A stretch of 61,893 nucleotides of DNA, taken from Cystobasidiomycetes sp. EMM_F5 (lineage: Eukaryota). The notes below the pieces were generated by a model. That model did not search any database and had not been told where the DNA came from. It saw only the letters and a list, made by a program, of their open reading frames with translations. The DNA lies in NCBI GenBank assembly GCA_051047955.1, contig JBPGPT010000038.1, positions 62,001 through 123,893 on the forward strand, given 5' to 3'. The translations under genes were made by a program, and so were the position numbers. The stretch's first letter is position 1. The number at the start of each line of letters is the position of its first letter. Positions 37,901-50,507 of the stretch are shown piece after piece.

Positions 37901-39210
37901 CACTCAGCTTCCCAGGAACGTGGAAGGTGAGTGCCGTACCGCTGCTACTGGGGCATCGGCTGGGCTTACTTTCTCTGTGATCTAGATACCTGCGGTGTTG
38001 TACTATCAGCGGATAGACGCGGGCGAGGCCATAGATCTTTCGGCGCTGGAAGTAACTCCAGACTACTCCATTCTCACTTCAGACGTTTCAATGTCCAAGT
38101 AAGCTATTCTTAACGTATGTGGTACTAGCAGCTCAGACTCGACTCCATGTGCAGACACAGGAGGCCTGCGCTCATCAAGCATACCATTCTCAAGCGGAAC
38201 GAGCTACCTGGAAAGGGTACACTAATATCTATAGATGCGGAGTTTGTATCTCTGCAACAGGTGGGGTTCCGTCCTGTCTGACATAACGACCTGTGACTGA
38301 ACACGAAAGTTTTGGCAGGAGGAGATCGAATATCGCTCGGATGGTACAAAGAGCCTGATTCGTCCGAGTCGTATGACACTTGCGCGGGTGTCTGTGCTGC
38401 GCGGCGAAGGGCCAGAAACCGGTGTGCCATTCATCGATGATCACATACAAGTCACAGAACCTATAGTGGACTACCTTACGGAATTCTCGGGTATACGGCG
38501 TGAGTGATGTCCGGTGTCTGTGCTTTGCATCATCTGAAAGCTTTCGACTTGCATAGCTGGCGATCTTGATAACACCAAATCACCGCACACGGTTGTTCCG
38601 TCCAAGGTAGCGTACAAGAAGTTGCGACTATTGGTAGATATGGGCTGCGTCTTCATCGGGCACGGTCTGAACAAAGACTTCCGTATTATCAGTAGGATTC
38701 ATTTACTATCGGCGAAGACTTTGTGGTCTGACCTGTTTCATCATCCAGACATCCACGTACCGCCAGAGCAAATTGTTGACACTGTTAACATTTATCACCT
38801 CGCTCACAGACATCGTAAGATATCCTTGCGCTTCTTGTCTTGGGTTGTTCTGCACCAAGACATACAATCGTCCGGGTCACATGATTCAGTCGAGGACGCT
38901 CGCACTGCGTTGCAGCTCTACGAAAAGTACAACCAGCTCGAAGCACAAGGTGACTGGGAGAGCACTCTAGAGGATATTTACAGAGAAGGCGGGAAATTGG
39001 TTAGTTGACTTATCCTTGTATGCATGTCACCACGGATATACCCTGATTGACGCATCTATTTATCTTCAGGGCTGGAAAGCACCTGGTGCTACGACGGTAG
39101 AGCCTCCTGCAGTCACGCCAAATATATCGCATCGGCTATACTGGAAAAACTCCCAACCTCAAGCCGCATTCGCAGGCTTGCAGCGCGACATGAGTAGACT
39201 GGCAATGTGA
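34931..39210 (+). CDS. PAN2: poly(A) nuclease Pan2 (WD40, pseudo-UCH, DEDD exonuclease)
   Basis: Motifs PKYYRKVEIKYSKFGVDDFDF, YNKTPYSGLETHIVNSYTNALLQ, WYLFNDFLV, ISIDAEFV, LARVSVLRG, FIGHGLNKDFRII and HDSVEDARTAL. Confidence 0.95.
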
Positions 39211-39450
39211 TCAAGCAGCTTGAAAGCGCAGGTATTGCACCGGACAGAACTGAAAGTAAAATGCGAGTGTATCTACAACATCACGTTTTCTTGCAAATTG
39301 CAATCGAGTCTGGAAGCCCGATGAGACAGTGATTGACCTTCAGTGGACCGCTGAGGCATCCAAAGCGAAGAATGGGAAGTTATGGGTATGAAGCTAGGAA
39401 TTTCTTCAATCGACCCTGACGACCAAGTCTAATTTCGGCAGCCCGAGAGA

Positions 39451-41253
39451 TTATATGAGTCCCTATAGACGACGTCAGCGCCGCCGAGAACTCCGCAAAT
39501 GGGAGGTATAATTACGGTTGCAGCCAGGTTCTGCTTGATTATGAAATCCTGCAAGGCTGACAAAACGAATTTTGTCTGCTCGGTATCAGTCGCGCATGTA
39601 AATTGCGAGTACAGGCGCTTTTGAGGGTTTTTGAGAAGAGCCGTGAAATGCGCCAGCATGTATTGCGATGCTGAACCCCAATCTCCTGGCCCTTCATACG
39701 CTTGCATGTATTGACCCAGCGGACTTGTCAACAATTTGGCCTTGAACAGATCTATGTGCGATAATGATTAGCTCCTTGATAATGGACGAGCCGGGTCAGT
39801 TCAATTGTAGGTAGTAATTTACCGGTCTTGTTCAGGAACAGTACCAAGGAGGATTGGGCGAACCAACGCGAGTTGGAGACAGAGTCCCAGAGCGTAGATG
39901 CCTCATCGATACGATTGCTGATGCGCAACGGAGTTAGCAAGGCCCGAGTAAAGCAATGAATGCAGACCTCCGACTCACGTAGCCTCGTCTTCATACAGAG
40001 TCTGGTCGTATTCTGAGATGGCAACGATGAAGATAAGGCACTGATTGAGCATAAACAGGACATTTAACATCAGCACAGTCTTGTCCATCTCTAAGCGGTC
40101 AAGTCTCACTTACCTGAACGCCCTCAAAGCAATGAATCCACTTTTTCCGCTCGCTCCGCTGACCTCCGACGTCAAACACGCGATAAATCAAGTCGCGGAC
40201 CGCAAACTTGACTTCTGTGATACCGGTCGTCTTGACGCGCGATCTGATGATATCTTCGTCGGTTGGAATGTAGTTGGCTCCGCCGATACGGTTGATTTCG
40301 TCGAAGAAGCTGCGTACAAACACAGGGGTCAGCAAAAACTAGCTCATCATCTCCAAATTGTTAGAACGTACTAGGATGCCGAGTCGTTGAGCTGGAAGGT
40401 ATTGCTGTGGGCCACTTTGTCCCTGATAACCGGGTCTTGCCAGAGCTGAGCAATCGCTTTCGTTACTTCAGCGCTCAAACCTTCGTCATCAGGATTGACA
40501 GTCGCGTCATTGACGATGTCGCAATTCTTGTTATTGTGCGGCAGGAGAGGGATCGTGGAGCCGAAGTCCGCAATGTGTGCAATCACAGTCTGCATACTGT
40601 AAATGCGAGCGACATGTGATACATATACACACAGTCAGTCCGAACTTGGAGACTTTTCGAGAATGTAAAGTCTACCTCTGCAAAGCATTGAGACACATGA
40701 CTTCTCGATAACCCTGGACAAAGGAGAGCATGAATTATTGTTAGCGTTTTCTGAAGCTATAGCCATACGTTCGTAAACCTACGAGTCGTTCGTTCTCCTC
40801 GAAAGGATAGCCATAGTTCAACCGCATTTGCTTCACGATTGTACTGCACAACGAAGTGATCGTTCAGTAAGTCGCTAGAATAAGGGACGTTCAGTCATAA
40901 GCAACCACCTTTTGCCAGACTCTGAGGCGACACAAATTGCACAGATCAGCCATTCCTTCAGCCCTTCAGCTGGGGACAACGAGACTGACCTCCAGCACCA
41001 AGCAGGAGCATCTTGATTTCCTTCCTGTGAGACCGTGTTCAGTCAGACTGAGTCCGGCAAGTCATTCCACGTCTATCGTACTTTGCAGTGGCTTTGTCTT
41101 GTTTGAGTTGCGCTTCGATGGCATCGTTTCTGTTATAAGTGATGTCGACTTATCAGGTACGGCGGGGACACTATGGCCTCGGGGCCAATCTCGCTGCAGG
41201 ACGCACCTCCGCTTTGCGTCATCATCATCGGATTTACTCGCACCGCAACCCAT
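39451..41253 (-). CDS. heterotrimeric G-protein alpha subunit
   Basis: MGCGAS lipidation N-terminus, [56 protein letters not shown] and C-terminal NLAAT|GLI*. Confidence 0.95.
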
Positions 41254-42813
41254 GGCTTGTGTGACGCTACAGGGGTTTTGACTTGACCTCGGACCTGTCG
41301 AGTCGTCAGTCCACAAGGTCAGTCCAGTTCGTGCAAATGATGGACGCAGCTAGCGTTGCCCACTTCACTCCAGAGCTGTGATGCAGCCTGAATTTTGCTG
41401 CGCAATGCCAATTTTTTGACAGAGTCGTGGTGCGTGTGTTCGGCCAGTTGCAGAGTCGGACTGACAAGGGGCCAGATGACTGAAGATGCAGACAATCTCA
41501 AGCCAGGACTGCAGGGTGATGTAGACCAGAATCTTCGAACAGAAGTGCGGCTAGAATTCCCAGGAGGCGCACGCTAAGGGAGAAAAAGCGCACCCTAACT
41601 AGCACGCATGCAGGCCCTGCCAACGGCCACCGGCGAGTCCGAGCTCGAAAGAGACGGTCAGTGCTGAATGGGAGAGGAACCGGAAACAATGGAAACATCT
41701 AGAGGATCATACGATGGAGTGTTAATTTAGCAGGAAAAGCGTGTACAATGTATTTATTCTTGATTGTGAGTTTTCATGCTCCGCTGGCCATGTATAAATT
41801 GCAGCTTTTTCCGAAGAAGCTCGGGCTGGCTTCGAGTCAGGTAGTGTACAGACATCTCTGGCGATTTACACACAGACTGTGCTCTGGAATTAGAGGGCGA
41901 CGCGGCATAGCGCTTCCAGCAATGCTTTCCTTTCCTTCTTTCTTTTTCGATCGTTGTGTCTCTGAGCGGTGGCGACAATGAAGTAGATTCAACGTATTGG
42001 TCTCCAGGGCCGTTAGAATCGAAAGCAAATATACAACGCTGATAATAATATCGCAAGAAGTCAGTTCTAGCCTAACGTTTCGGATTGAGCATTGCGTTCA
42101 AGTATGTTCATGCCATCCGTATACTCCTCATACCCATGTTTACCTTTGCAGTACTTACCATTTTGCTAGGTTGTGCCGCAGGAATCTGAATGTACACAAC
42201 TTGCATCTCATCGAGATGTTCAATATAAGCTCTGTACGAAGTTGCGAGTGTGAGTCGGCCGACCTTCCCACCGTGTCGGAGTATAGCTGAGACGCGCGGT
42301 GTGTGATCATGACGGGCTAAGTATTGCGGTCTTGTTATGATAAGATCTGTTCAACTCCAATTTGAGGGCATTTGAAGGTTGTAGACGGCCTTGCAAGCGG
42401 CCAGACCCTGGGGCAACGGCATGCTCATGCTCAGCCGTGGCAAGCATCCTTTTCCGTCGTAAAATTTGGGATACCCTGTCTTGGCTTCTACAGCGCCAGA
42501 ATTGAGCTTGAAGTGCCGGCCATCACCGTGTTCGCGGTCGTGATGAGCGACAGTCAGCAGCGTCAAGACACAGATTGAGCGATATATTAGACTAACGATA
42601 TGCATAAATCCATTTCCAGACGTGAAGAGGCACTGAAGTCGTTCAGTACTAGCACAGTAAACAAAGTCTCTTGACAGGAAGGGAACAAGCTAGACTGCCG
42701 TGCTGCGTTGACAAATAATCGTGATGGCATCGCGCCCATCGCAATGCCTTTCAGTGTCATGGGAAAACACTCGAAGCTGAACAGAACCACGCTATGCAGC
42801 TCGGCTCACAGGT

Positions 42814-43890
42814 TTACCATCGACTTTGTGATTTAGTTGCGGTGACTTCCGTCCTCTCGATTTTTGACGAAATCTTCTCCATCCGATGCTTACATCGAAA
42901 GAAATCGTCCCACAGCCTATTGTATTCGGTAGCGCTCACTTTACGGTTTCGCTGAGCTGCTGTGAGCTGTTCGTGCAGATGTTCCATCTGGTGCAACAGC
43001 TTCCTATATGTAAAGGACTGATTGTTATCGAGAATCATTGCAGCGTCCCGTTTATGCTTAGCCACCACGTGTGACGCCTCTTCCAGCCTCATGATAGGCT
43101 GACCATTTCTATGGTCTTCACCAGCGGCGTGGTTCTGGCGTTGCATGCGCGAAACGTCGAGCTCCGCTTTGAGCGCATTTTCGGGATATACGCGGAATTG
43201 CTGATGACCTTGTGTCTTGGCGTATTTCCTCTCGTGTTCGGCAATCGCAACTCGACGCGAAAAAGCGTCTAATTTGGCTGAAACTGCGCCAAAAGACCCA
43301 GTCTGTTGTTCGGACGAAGGCTGCGCTAATTTGAATTGGCTGCCATCTCCATGCTGCTTTTCAGCCTCCATCAGACGAGCTTCCGTCTTTTGCAACTCCG
43401 CTTGCATGCCCGCTTGCTCCGTGTCAGAAAGCTTGCGGCTGCTGTCATTGAGAATCTCTTGTAGATACTGGATCTTGCGTTTGTCCTGTGCGATTTGCTT
43501 GCCATGCTTGCGAAACCATTCCTGATGCGCAACAGCATCATTACGAACGAGCGCTTTCCTACCGAAGGACATGCCAGTGCTCATGGCTGATGAAGCGATC
43601 TTACGAGCATCCCCAGCTCTTGGCCGCCGCCTCCACTGTAGAGGTAAAAGGGCTAGAACGGAATTCTTGAAGGATGTCCCCGTAGATCGCGATCGTCCAC
43701 CACTCTGTGCCTCTTTCACCCCGAGAAGGTGGGTCTGGGAGCCCGTTGCAGTCACACGCGATTCGGCTTTTGCGGAGGCGGAATTTATATCGGAAGTAAC
43801 AGAGACTACGGATGGCTTCCTCGGCTGAGTCTGAGAGTATGGGTTGTGTTCGTTCGGGTAGGGAGTCAGTCTGGCTGAGGGCGATGTCAT
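42814..43890 (-). CDS. hypothetical intronless protein with coiled-coil segments
   Basis: 358-codon ORF preceded by a pyrimidine-rich leader. Helical, charged C-terminal half. No family recognised. Confidence 0.65.
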   Translation of the reverse strand: MTSPSARLTPYPNEHNPYSQTQPRKPSVVSVTSDINSASAKAESRVTATGSQTHLLGVKEAQSGGRSRSTGTSFKNSVLALLPLQWRRRPRAGDARKIASSAMSTGMSFGRKALVRNDAVAHQEWFRKHGKQIAQDKRKIQYLQEILNDSSRKLSDTEQAGMQAELQKTEARLMEAEKQHGDGSQFKLAQPSSEQQTGSFGAVSAKLDAFSRRVAIAEHERKYAKTQGHQQFRVYPENALKAELDVSRMQRQNHAAGEDHRNGQPIMRLEEASHVVAKHKRDAAMILDNNQSFTYRKLLHQMEHLHEQLTAAQRNRKVSATEYNRLWDDFFRCKHRMEKISSKIERTEVTATKSQSRW

Positions 43891-44031
43891 GATGAAAAGT
43901 GCAGAGTAATGGGTGCTGCGTTCCAGACGCTGTCGTGGAATTTTACGGGGATCCTGCTAAACTCTCCGATACTTACGACAAGAACTTGCTGACCAAAGAG
44001 ACCAGACCTCTACCGACGAGCCTCGTATTTA

Positions 44032-44095
44032 AGGCCCCGTGTATGCACAGCTATTAGTGTGTAGGCCCCGTGTATGCACAGCTATTAATGTGTAG
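44032..44095. repeat. 31-nt tandem duplication (2 copies, 1 mismatch)
   Basis: aggccccgtgtatgcacagctattagtgtgt followed by aggccccgtgtatgcacagctattaatgtgt(ag). Confidence 0.92.
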
Positions 44096-44286
44096 CAGAT
44101 GACTCTCCCTTCGAGACTTTCCGGTTGCATACCGGTCGCCATGTACCTCAATCCTTGAGTGAGTATCGCACGACATGTTGGGAGAGATACTAGTGAAGCG
44201 ATCTTAGGAGGAGCCCGGAATTTGGTTGTATTTCGTTGTAAAGATCGTTCATCCGCACTTTGCCATTTAGTTGCGCACTCACACAG

Positions 44287-44769
44287 ATGTCGTCCGAGTC
44301 GCCAGCCTGCACTGTTAGCCGCCTGGACCATGTCGTATTGACGGTTTTATCAGTAGAGGATACTGCCGCCTGGTACGTTAAGCATCTGGGAATGAAGCAT
44401 CACGTCGACGGGCAGGGCCGACATTCAGTCCACTTCGGAGACGGCCACAAGATCAATTTGCATGAATTGGGTCGCGAATTTGAGCCAAAGGCTACTCATC
44501 CCACTCGAGGCTCCGGCGACCTGTGTTTCGTGACCGACGATCATATCGAGGCGGTCAAGCAGAAGCTAGAGCAAGCTGGCGTCGACATACTCGTCAACGA
44601 GGACGACAAGCAGATCGTCAAGAGGACTAGCGCGGCAGGTACTCTGACAAGCATCTACTTTCGTGATCCCGACGGGAATCTAGTCGAGTAAGCTAATGCC
44701 CGCGTCTCCACAATCCATTTCATCTGACGGGAGATTCCCAGGGTATCCAATTTGGAACGAATGCAATAA
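44287..44769 (+). CDS. VOC/glyoxalase-family protein (GLOD5-like)
   Basis: LDHVVLTV...HLGM...KINLHELGREFEPKATHPTRGSGDLCFVT...SIYFRDPDGNLVE|VSN, with one intron near the 3' end. Confidence 0.88.
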
Positions 44770-45018
44770 CATCTCCATTGGCTTCATGCAAACAAAAGGG
44801 CACGACTCAAAACAGCCTGTCACATTGTATCTGTACTCTGACAATTCCTACATCGCATCCAGCCGTGCTGCGTTAGCAGTTGCGTACAGCAACATGGCAT
44901 CTCCCGATACGACATACTTAATCCGCCGGCTGTAAAGTTCCTGATTCAATTGCGGCGACGGCATCCCCCCGATAGCTCGTCGAGTGCGGGGCACGGCGGT
45001 CCAGCGAATTGTGAATCA

Positions 45019-45525
45019 TCAATTCGAACCGACTATGTAAGCAGAACTAGAATATGTGCTCATTGCGGACACTCTACAAATCTCTTGCGCTTTTCTCTCC
45101 ACGGTCGCGGCGGGATCCCAATCTCTTTGACCCCGGCCTAAATTGGCGACCGGAGCGTTTTCAGGCAACGCTTTCGGGCATCGTCGCATTTTCGGATCTT
45201 TCAGAAATCTGTTGAGAAGGCTGTCGCTAGGAGGAATAGCTGCTTCAACACGTGCGGGTGAAACTGGTGGGCAGCGAGCTGATGAGGGCAGTAATCCGAT
45301 GCATGAAAACTTGGCGGCCTCGACGACAGTGCTTGTGATTGGACCAGGCAGCAAATTGGGTTGCTCGCCTCCGACTCGTTGTGTCGTCGATTGCCGCACC
45401 GCTAATTGAGCGTACTTGTATCTTCTTTCGGCTTCGTATGGCGTGAGGGCGGGAGGTTCGTAGATATCTGTCGACTTAGAAGCGGCTAAGCGGCTTGCGC
45501 GGTACGTGAGGTCATCCATTGGCAT
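45019..45525 (-). CDS. hypothetical protein
   Basis: 168-codon ORF filling the gap between the VOC gene and PRP16. No motif recognised and the start is uncertain. Confidence 0.4.
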   Translation of the reverse strand: MPMDDLTYRASRLAASKSTDIYEPPALTPYEAERRYKYAQLAVRQSTTQRVGGEQPNLLPGPITSTVVEAAKFSCIGLLPSSARCPPVSPARVEAAIPPSDSLLNRFLKDPKMRRCPKALPENAPVANLGRGQRDWDPAATVERKAQEICRVSAMSTYSSSAYIVGSN

Positions 45526-45950
45526 GAAGTTGCTTGCACCCTGTTCGCGGCTGGCGACAGAGCGTGACCCATGTCGCGATGTTTCAGTGAAGTCGACATT
45601 TTGTCGTACTGCAAGGTGTTCATCGTCTGAATCGCTTTCGCTATAATCATAATGATTTGTGTCGCCGCTGTTGCGAGTGCCGTCAATACTACGCGTCCGT
45701 CTCTAGAACCGCCATGGGCACCACAGGGTCCGTGCGTCAGCATATGGTGGACATCTGCAAGAGGGAGCAGTACCACAGAGACAGGAAGGCGATAAGGAGT
45801 GTATCTTAGTGCGTGTGTTTTGGCCATGACGAGCAGTGATGCCAGTCAGTATTGAGATCGTAAGAAGAGAGGAGCATCTCGAGAATTGAGCGGCGTCATG
45901 GAAGGCGGTCCAAGCGCACATGCACAACGACAAAACTGCGTAACATATTA

Positions 45951-48900
45951 CTATAACCCAACTCTGCGATGTGTTCTCCGTGGCGTGGGTGCACCAACTA
46001 GCGTCCGCACATTCTATGTTAGACTGGGCCCGGCTCGAGCATGAAGAAGAGAACTCACTGGTGGCGACACGTGGAGTGGAAGCTGCAGATTTAGTTGCTC
46101 TGAGCTTCTCGAGGCGATCCTCTTCCGCCCTTGCTGCATCTTGAGCCATCTCCATCTCCAACTCTGTTTGACGGTTGAAATCTATATTGACAGCTTGTCG
46201 TTGCCGGTCTGAAAAGTGTTGATGCCGGACGCTGAAGAAAACTGCGCCGACTTCCGCGAGCCACTGTGGTTCCACTGCTGTCAGTATACTTGCATACTGC
46301 TTCGACGTCAGGATGAGTTCTGTTTGGAACAGGTTCAGCTACAGTGCGAAATCGTATTTATCAAACTCACCGTGATACACGACATATTCAGGCGGGGTAC
46401 CTAAGCCGAAGAGCGAAGATGTCGGATGCATATGCATCGGTATTCCCGTTCGAAGATTGACATATTCGGCCATTCCCTTCGCTTTTGCTGCCTGGTAGAA
46501 GAAGCCAGCGCAGATGCACTTTCGAACAATATCCCAATCTGTGCCAGAGGCAACAATGTCCAGTTTCTCCTTCTCCATAATGTCTTGTAGCTGCTCGCGT
46601 ACTTCTCTTGCCTTGCGCAGGATCTTGCCGTGCAGGAAATGGCGGCCTGCCCAGGCATCGGAGAATCTGTCACAAGGGCTTTAGCGGATGGTCCCACCCC
46701 GACTTTGAGACGACATACCCGTTCGCCTTCCACTGAGTATATATGTTCAAGAAAGTCAGGTGGTCGCTTTCGGGCACAACAAATTTCTCTCTGGCTGCGT
46801 CACTTTCTTCGGCTCGTTCCTTCGGCCTGTAGAAGACCAATGGTACCGATAGCATGGACACTATGGTGAGCATCTCAGCCGAGCAGCCGTAATCGACAGA
46901 CACGACCAGCATCTTGGATAGATTCGGATCCATGGGGAACATCGACAATTTTCGACCAAGGGGAGTGAGGTCACCGACATTGTCTAACGCGCCAATGACC
47001 CATAATTGATCTGTGGAATGATTGCACGTAAGCTCCAATTCAGGGGAGAGACACAGGACCTACACATCGAAATTTGAATATTTTCCTGCGGCGGCGGGTC
47101 CATAAAGTCAAATTCCAGTAGATTCTTCACGCCTAGCGACTTCAACAGAAGTACTGTATTTGCCAAGTTGGTGCGCTGGACTTCTGGAATTGTGCTTGGA
47201 AACATTTCGTCCCGAAAAGCCGTCTCTGTGAACAAGTGGTAGCATGTTCTGACATTTGTGATTAGCAGCAATCGATCGTTCAAATACTTTCATGTATCTT
47301 ACCCGCTGCCTGTACGTCCTGCACGACCAGCTCTTTGTTTCGAATTCGCTTGCGATACAGGTGTTATTTGTAAGGAATCCATACCCAATTTGGAATTGTA
47401 TACTTTCAGCTTAGAGAAACCGCAGTCCACGACATACATGATACCATCGACCGTGAGAGATGTCTCTGCAATGTTTGTGGCAATGATACATTTCCGTCGT
47501 CCGTCTTCAGTGGCCTGAAAGATCTTGGCCTGTAGATCGGCTGGCATTTGCGAATATATGGGCAAGACAGCCAATTCCGGTGCTTCTCGAACTTGCTGCA
47601 GACGCTCTACAGGAAGCATCGCTCAGTATTGTCGCAAAAGTCACGACCATCATTCGCGGACTCACCTTGTATGACTTCGCAAGTGCACTCTATATCTTCT
47701 TGACCCGTCATAAATATGAGAATATCGCCTGGCGGATGTGACATATGAATCTGGAGCGCTTGCTTGATTGCACTATCGACATAATCCTCGCATGGCGTCT
47801 TGCTGTACAGAATATCAACAGGAAAAGTCCGCCCTGGAATTGTGAAAGAAGGGGCTTCGTCGTAGAATGCGGAGAATTTTGCCGCATTCATAGTTGCGGA
47901 CGTGACTATGAGCTTCAAGTCTCTTCGTCGAGCCAGAATTTTTTTCAGGAGGCCCATGAGAACATCCGTGCTAAGGGAACGCTCATGTGCTTCATCAAGC
48001 ACAATGACCGAGTACCTGTCTAGATCGCCTTCGTTAAGCGATTCTCGCAGCATGACGCCGTCCGTCATGTACTTGATGACTGTTTTAGGTCCGGTGCAGT
48101 CTTCGAAGCGGATAGCATACCCGACCTCTTCTCCGAGCTGAACTTCCATTTCCTCGCTCACTCGCTTCGCGACACTCATTGCTGCCACTCGCCTGGGCTG
48201 AGTACAGCCAACCATTCCATACTTGGTATATCCCTCTTCATGCAGGAACTGTGTTAACTGTGTTGTTTTTCCGGAACCAGTTTCACCGATGACGATAGTA
48301 ACTTGATTCTCGCGAATTGCTTTCATTAGCTGTTCTCGGCACGCGAAGGCAGGGAGGTATTGCCGCTGTTCTCTCAAACTCTTGCTTCTTGAAAAAGCGC
48401 TTGCGCCCTTTTCAGCTTTGAGATGCGTGGCGAATTGAGATTCTTTGCGTGCTGATTCTTCCTTTGGTTGCCTTTTGCCGTTGGACGGATTGCTAGCATC
48501 CAGCTTAGCGGCGACGGCCTCGATGGCATCGACTTCAACCTTCTCCTGCACCCCTGTGACATTGCCAAGAGCAGTCCCAGCCAATTCTGCGACTTTCCTA
48601 GATGCCTTCGCCCGTTCCCTCTGCTCCCTTCTTTCCCGGACGAGCAGAGAACCCTTTTTGGCAAAAATTGCGAGATCACTTGTTGGATCTCGCACTGGAT
48701 TTATGGCCTCTATTTGCCTGGTGAAGACGATTCTGCCGTCCAAGAAAGGCGGTTTGAGATCATGAACAAGCAAGTGCACTTTGCTCTCCTCTTCATCGTC
48801 AAAGTCGAGATCTAAGGTACGCCGCGGTCCAATGCCTGACTGTGACAAGCGATTTGTCTCCCATAAATCGTTGTCGGCGTTATACTGAGCTTGTCGAACG

Positions 48901-50357
48901 TTGGTACGCCGCACCTGCCGCTGCGACAGCTCTTCCTCTTTCTGCTTTTCGATGAGCGCAGTATTCTCGTCATAGTCTGCAAACGGGTTTGCGCCGTCCC
49001 CAGCCTCATCGTCGGCTCCGTACCAATCGCGGTCAAGACGCATCTGCTCTTCCTCCCATTCGCGACCCCCTATACCTCGTACGGACGGGGTCATTGATGG
49101 AAGCTCTTCCGAGTAATAGGTGCCTGACGGCCTTCTAGGGGTGTCCCACCCACGATTGCTCGCTGGTCCTACTGAAGAAGGTCGTGAGGGGGTGGCGTCC
49201 CAAGATCTGCTAGACGTGCGCTCGGCAGCCGAAGGAGTGGCATCCCATGATCTCTGTGGCAGTCGAGCTGTACCAGAGGGGGTTTCCTCGTATCTCGAAC
49301 GAGAAGACCGAACGGAAGCATCGCCTCGTCGACTTGGTCCGTCACTGTCGCTTCCGCTACCTGCCATCCGGCTTCGTTGCCTCTCGTGATCGCGCCTCTT
49401 GGCCGAATCTGCAGCCGCATCGGCTGCGCGGTCTGCCTGCTTACGGTTCAAGCGATCTCTGAACTCCTGCATTCCCCCATCTTCAGGTAATCGTTCCCGT
49501 TCTTGTCGTGAATTGGCGAGAGCGTCTCGTTGTAGCTGGTTACGGCTGCGACGGTGCTCTTCCAGCCTCCGCTTCGCGTCTGAAGATAATCCTGTTCCAT
49601 GTGATGGCGTTTCGTCAGGTCTTTGTCGGATGTTGCCAGATTGCATACGAGAGGGAACTATGTTTTGACAGTTGCGGATAGGAGCGGCAATTTAGATGGT
49701 GTAAATGTGCATAACGGCATGTGATAGTAGCGACGCACCTCTGAAATGCGGTCCACTATCGCTGTCATTGCTGTCCTCGCCAGAATCGTATCGACTTCGT
49801 TTAGCTTCTCTATCCGAATCTGATTCTGACGCCGACAAGAGTCGTTCCCTCCTCTTCTCTGCTGCAAGTTTGTCGAGGCCTAGCTCGGACACCTTGGTGC
49901 CGTTCGAAGGCTTGTAGAGGTGTTTGTCGGACGAAGTTCCAGTCTTGAGGCCAGGTCTCATGAGCCCACCCTTCTGAGGCGGAGGTGGCATGAGAATCTC
50001 ACTATCCTCAATGACGAGGTTTCCAATGACTATTCTCCCGGATGCGTCGTGGCCGTTACTGTGTATCGGTGGAGTCAGAGCACCAGTAGGCGCTTCAGCC
50101 TCTCTGGCGCCGAGAGCTGTAAAGTGGGCAGCTTTCGAGTCCATCCAGACTTCCTGCAGGAATACATCGCGGAACTTTCCAAACGTCTTTGCTGCCGCTT
50201 GGAATTTGGTTAGCGATTCGGCATTCTGCCTGGCGAGTTGAAGCATTCGCCGGGCGAGAAGGTCATTCGGATTGACCAGGTTGAGCTCCCGAGATATGCT
50301 GACAGCAAGCGAGTGAACAGCTGCATCGTCATCAGTGCTGCTGGTTTCAGTGGTCAT
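45951..50357 (-). CDS. PRP16: DEAH-box splicing helicase Prp16 (DHX38)
   Basis: [76 protein letters not shown] and QRAGRAGR. Confidence 0.96.
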
Positions 50358-50507
50358 AGCTTGAATTGGAAGCAGGTCAATGGACGACGAGCGATGTGCT
50401 CATGAAATGGCCTTCAAGCAAGCAAGGCGAACGAATAAAGCAGTGATTATGAGCTGGCTAACTGAGTATATACTGAGAATACCAGACACTTTCGCTTCAT
50501 ACAATGT

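Noticed and set aside
42351..42605. 84-aa minus-strand ORF as a small secreted protein
   Set aside because: The hydrophobic segment is weak and the start overlaps what looks like an intron (GTTAGT donor, CTGAC branch). Not supportable.
41300..42800. Pheromone precursor or mating-type locus next to the G-alpha gene
   Set aside because: I found no short CAAX-terminated ORF, no STE3-like receptor and no homeodomain gene by eye.
44032..44095. 31-nt repeat as a CRISPR array
   Set aside because: Two abutting copies with no spacer, eukaryotic context and no cas genes.
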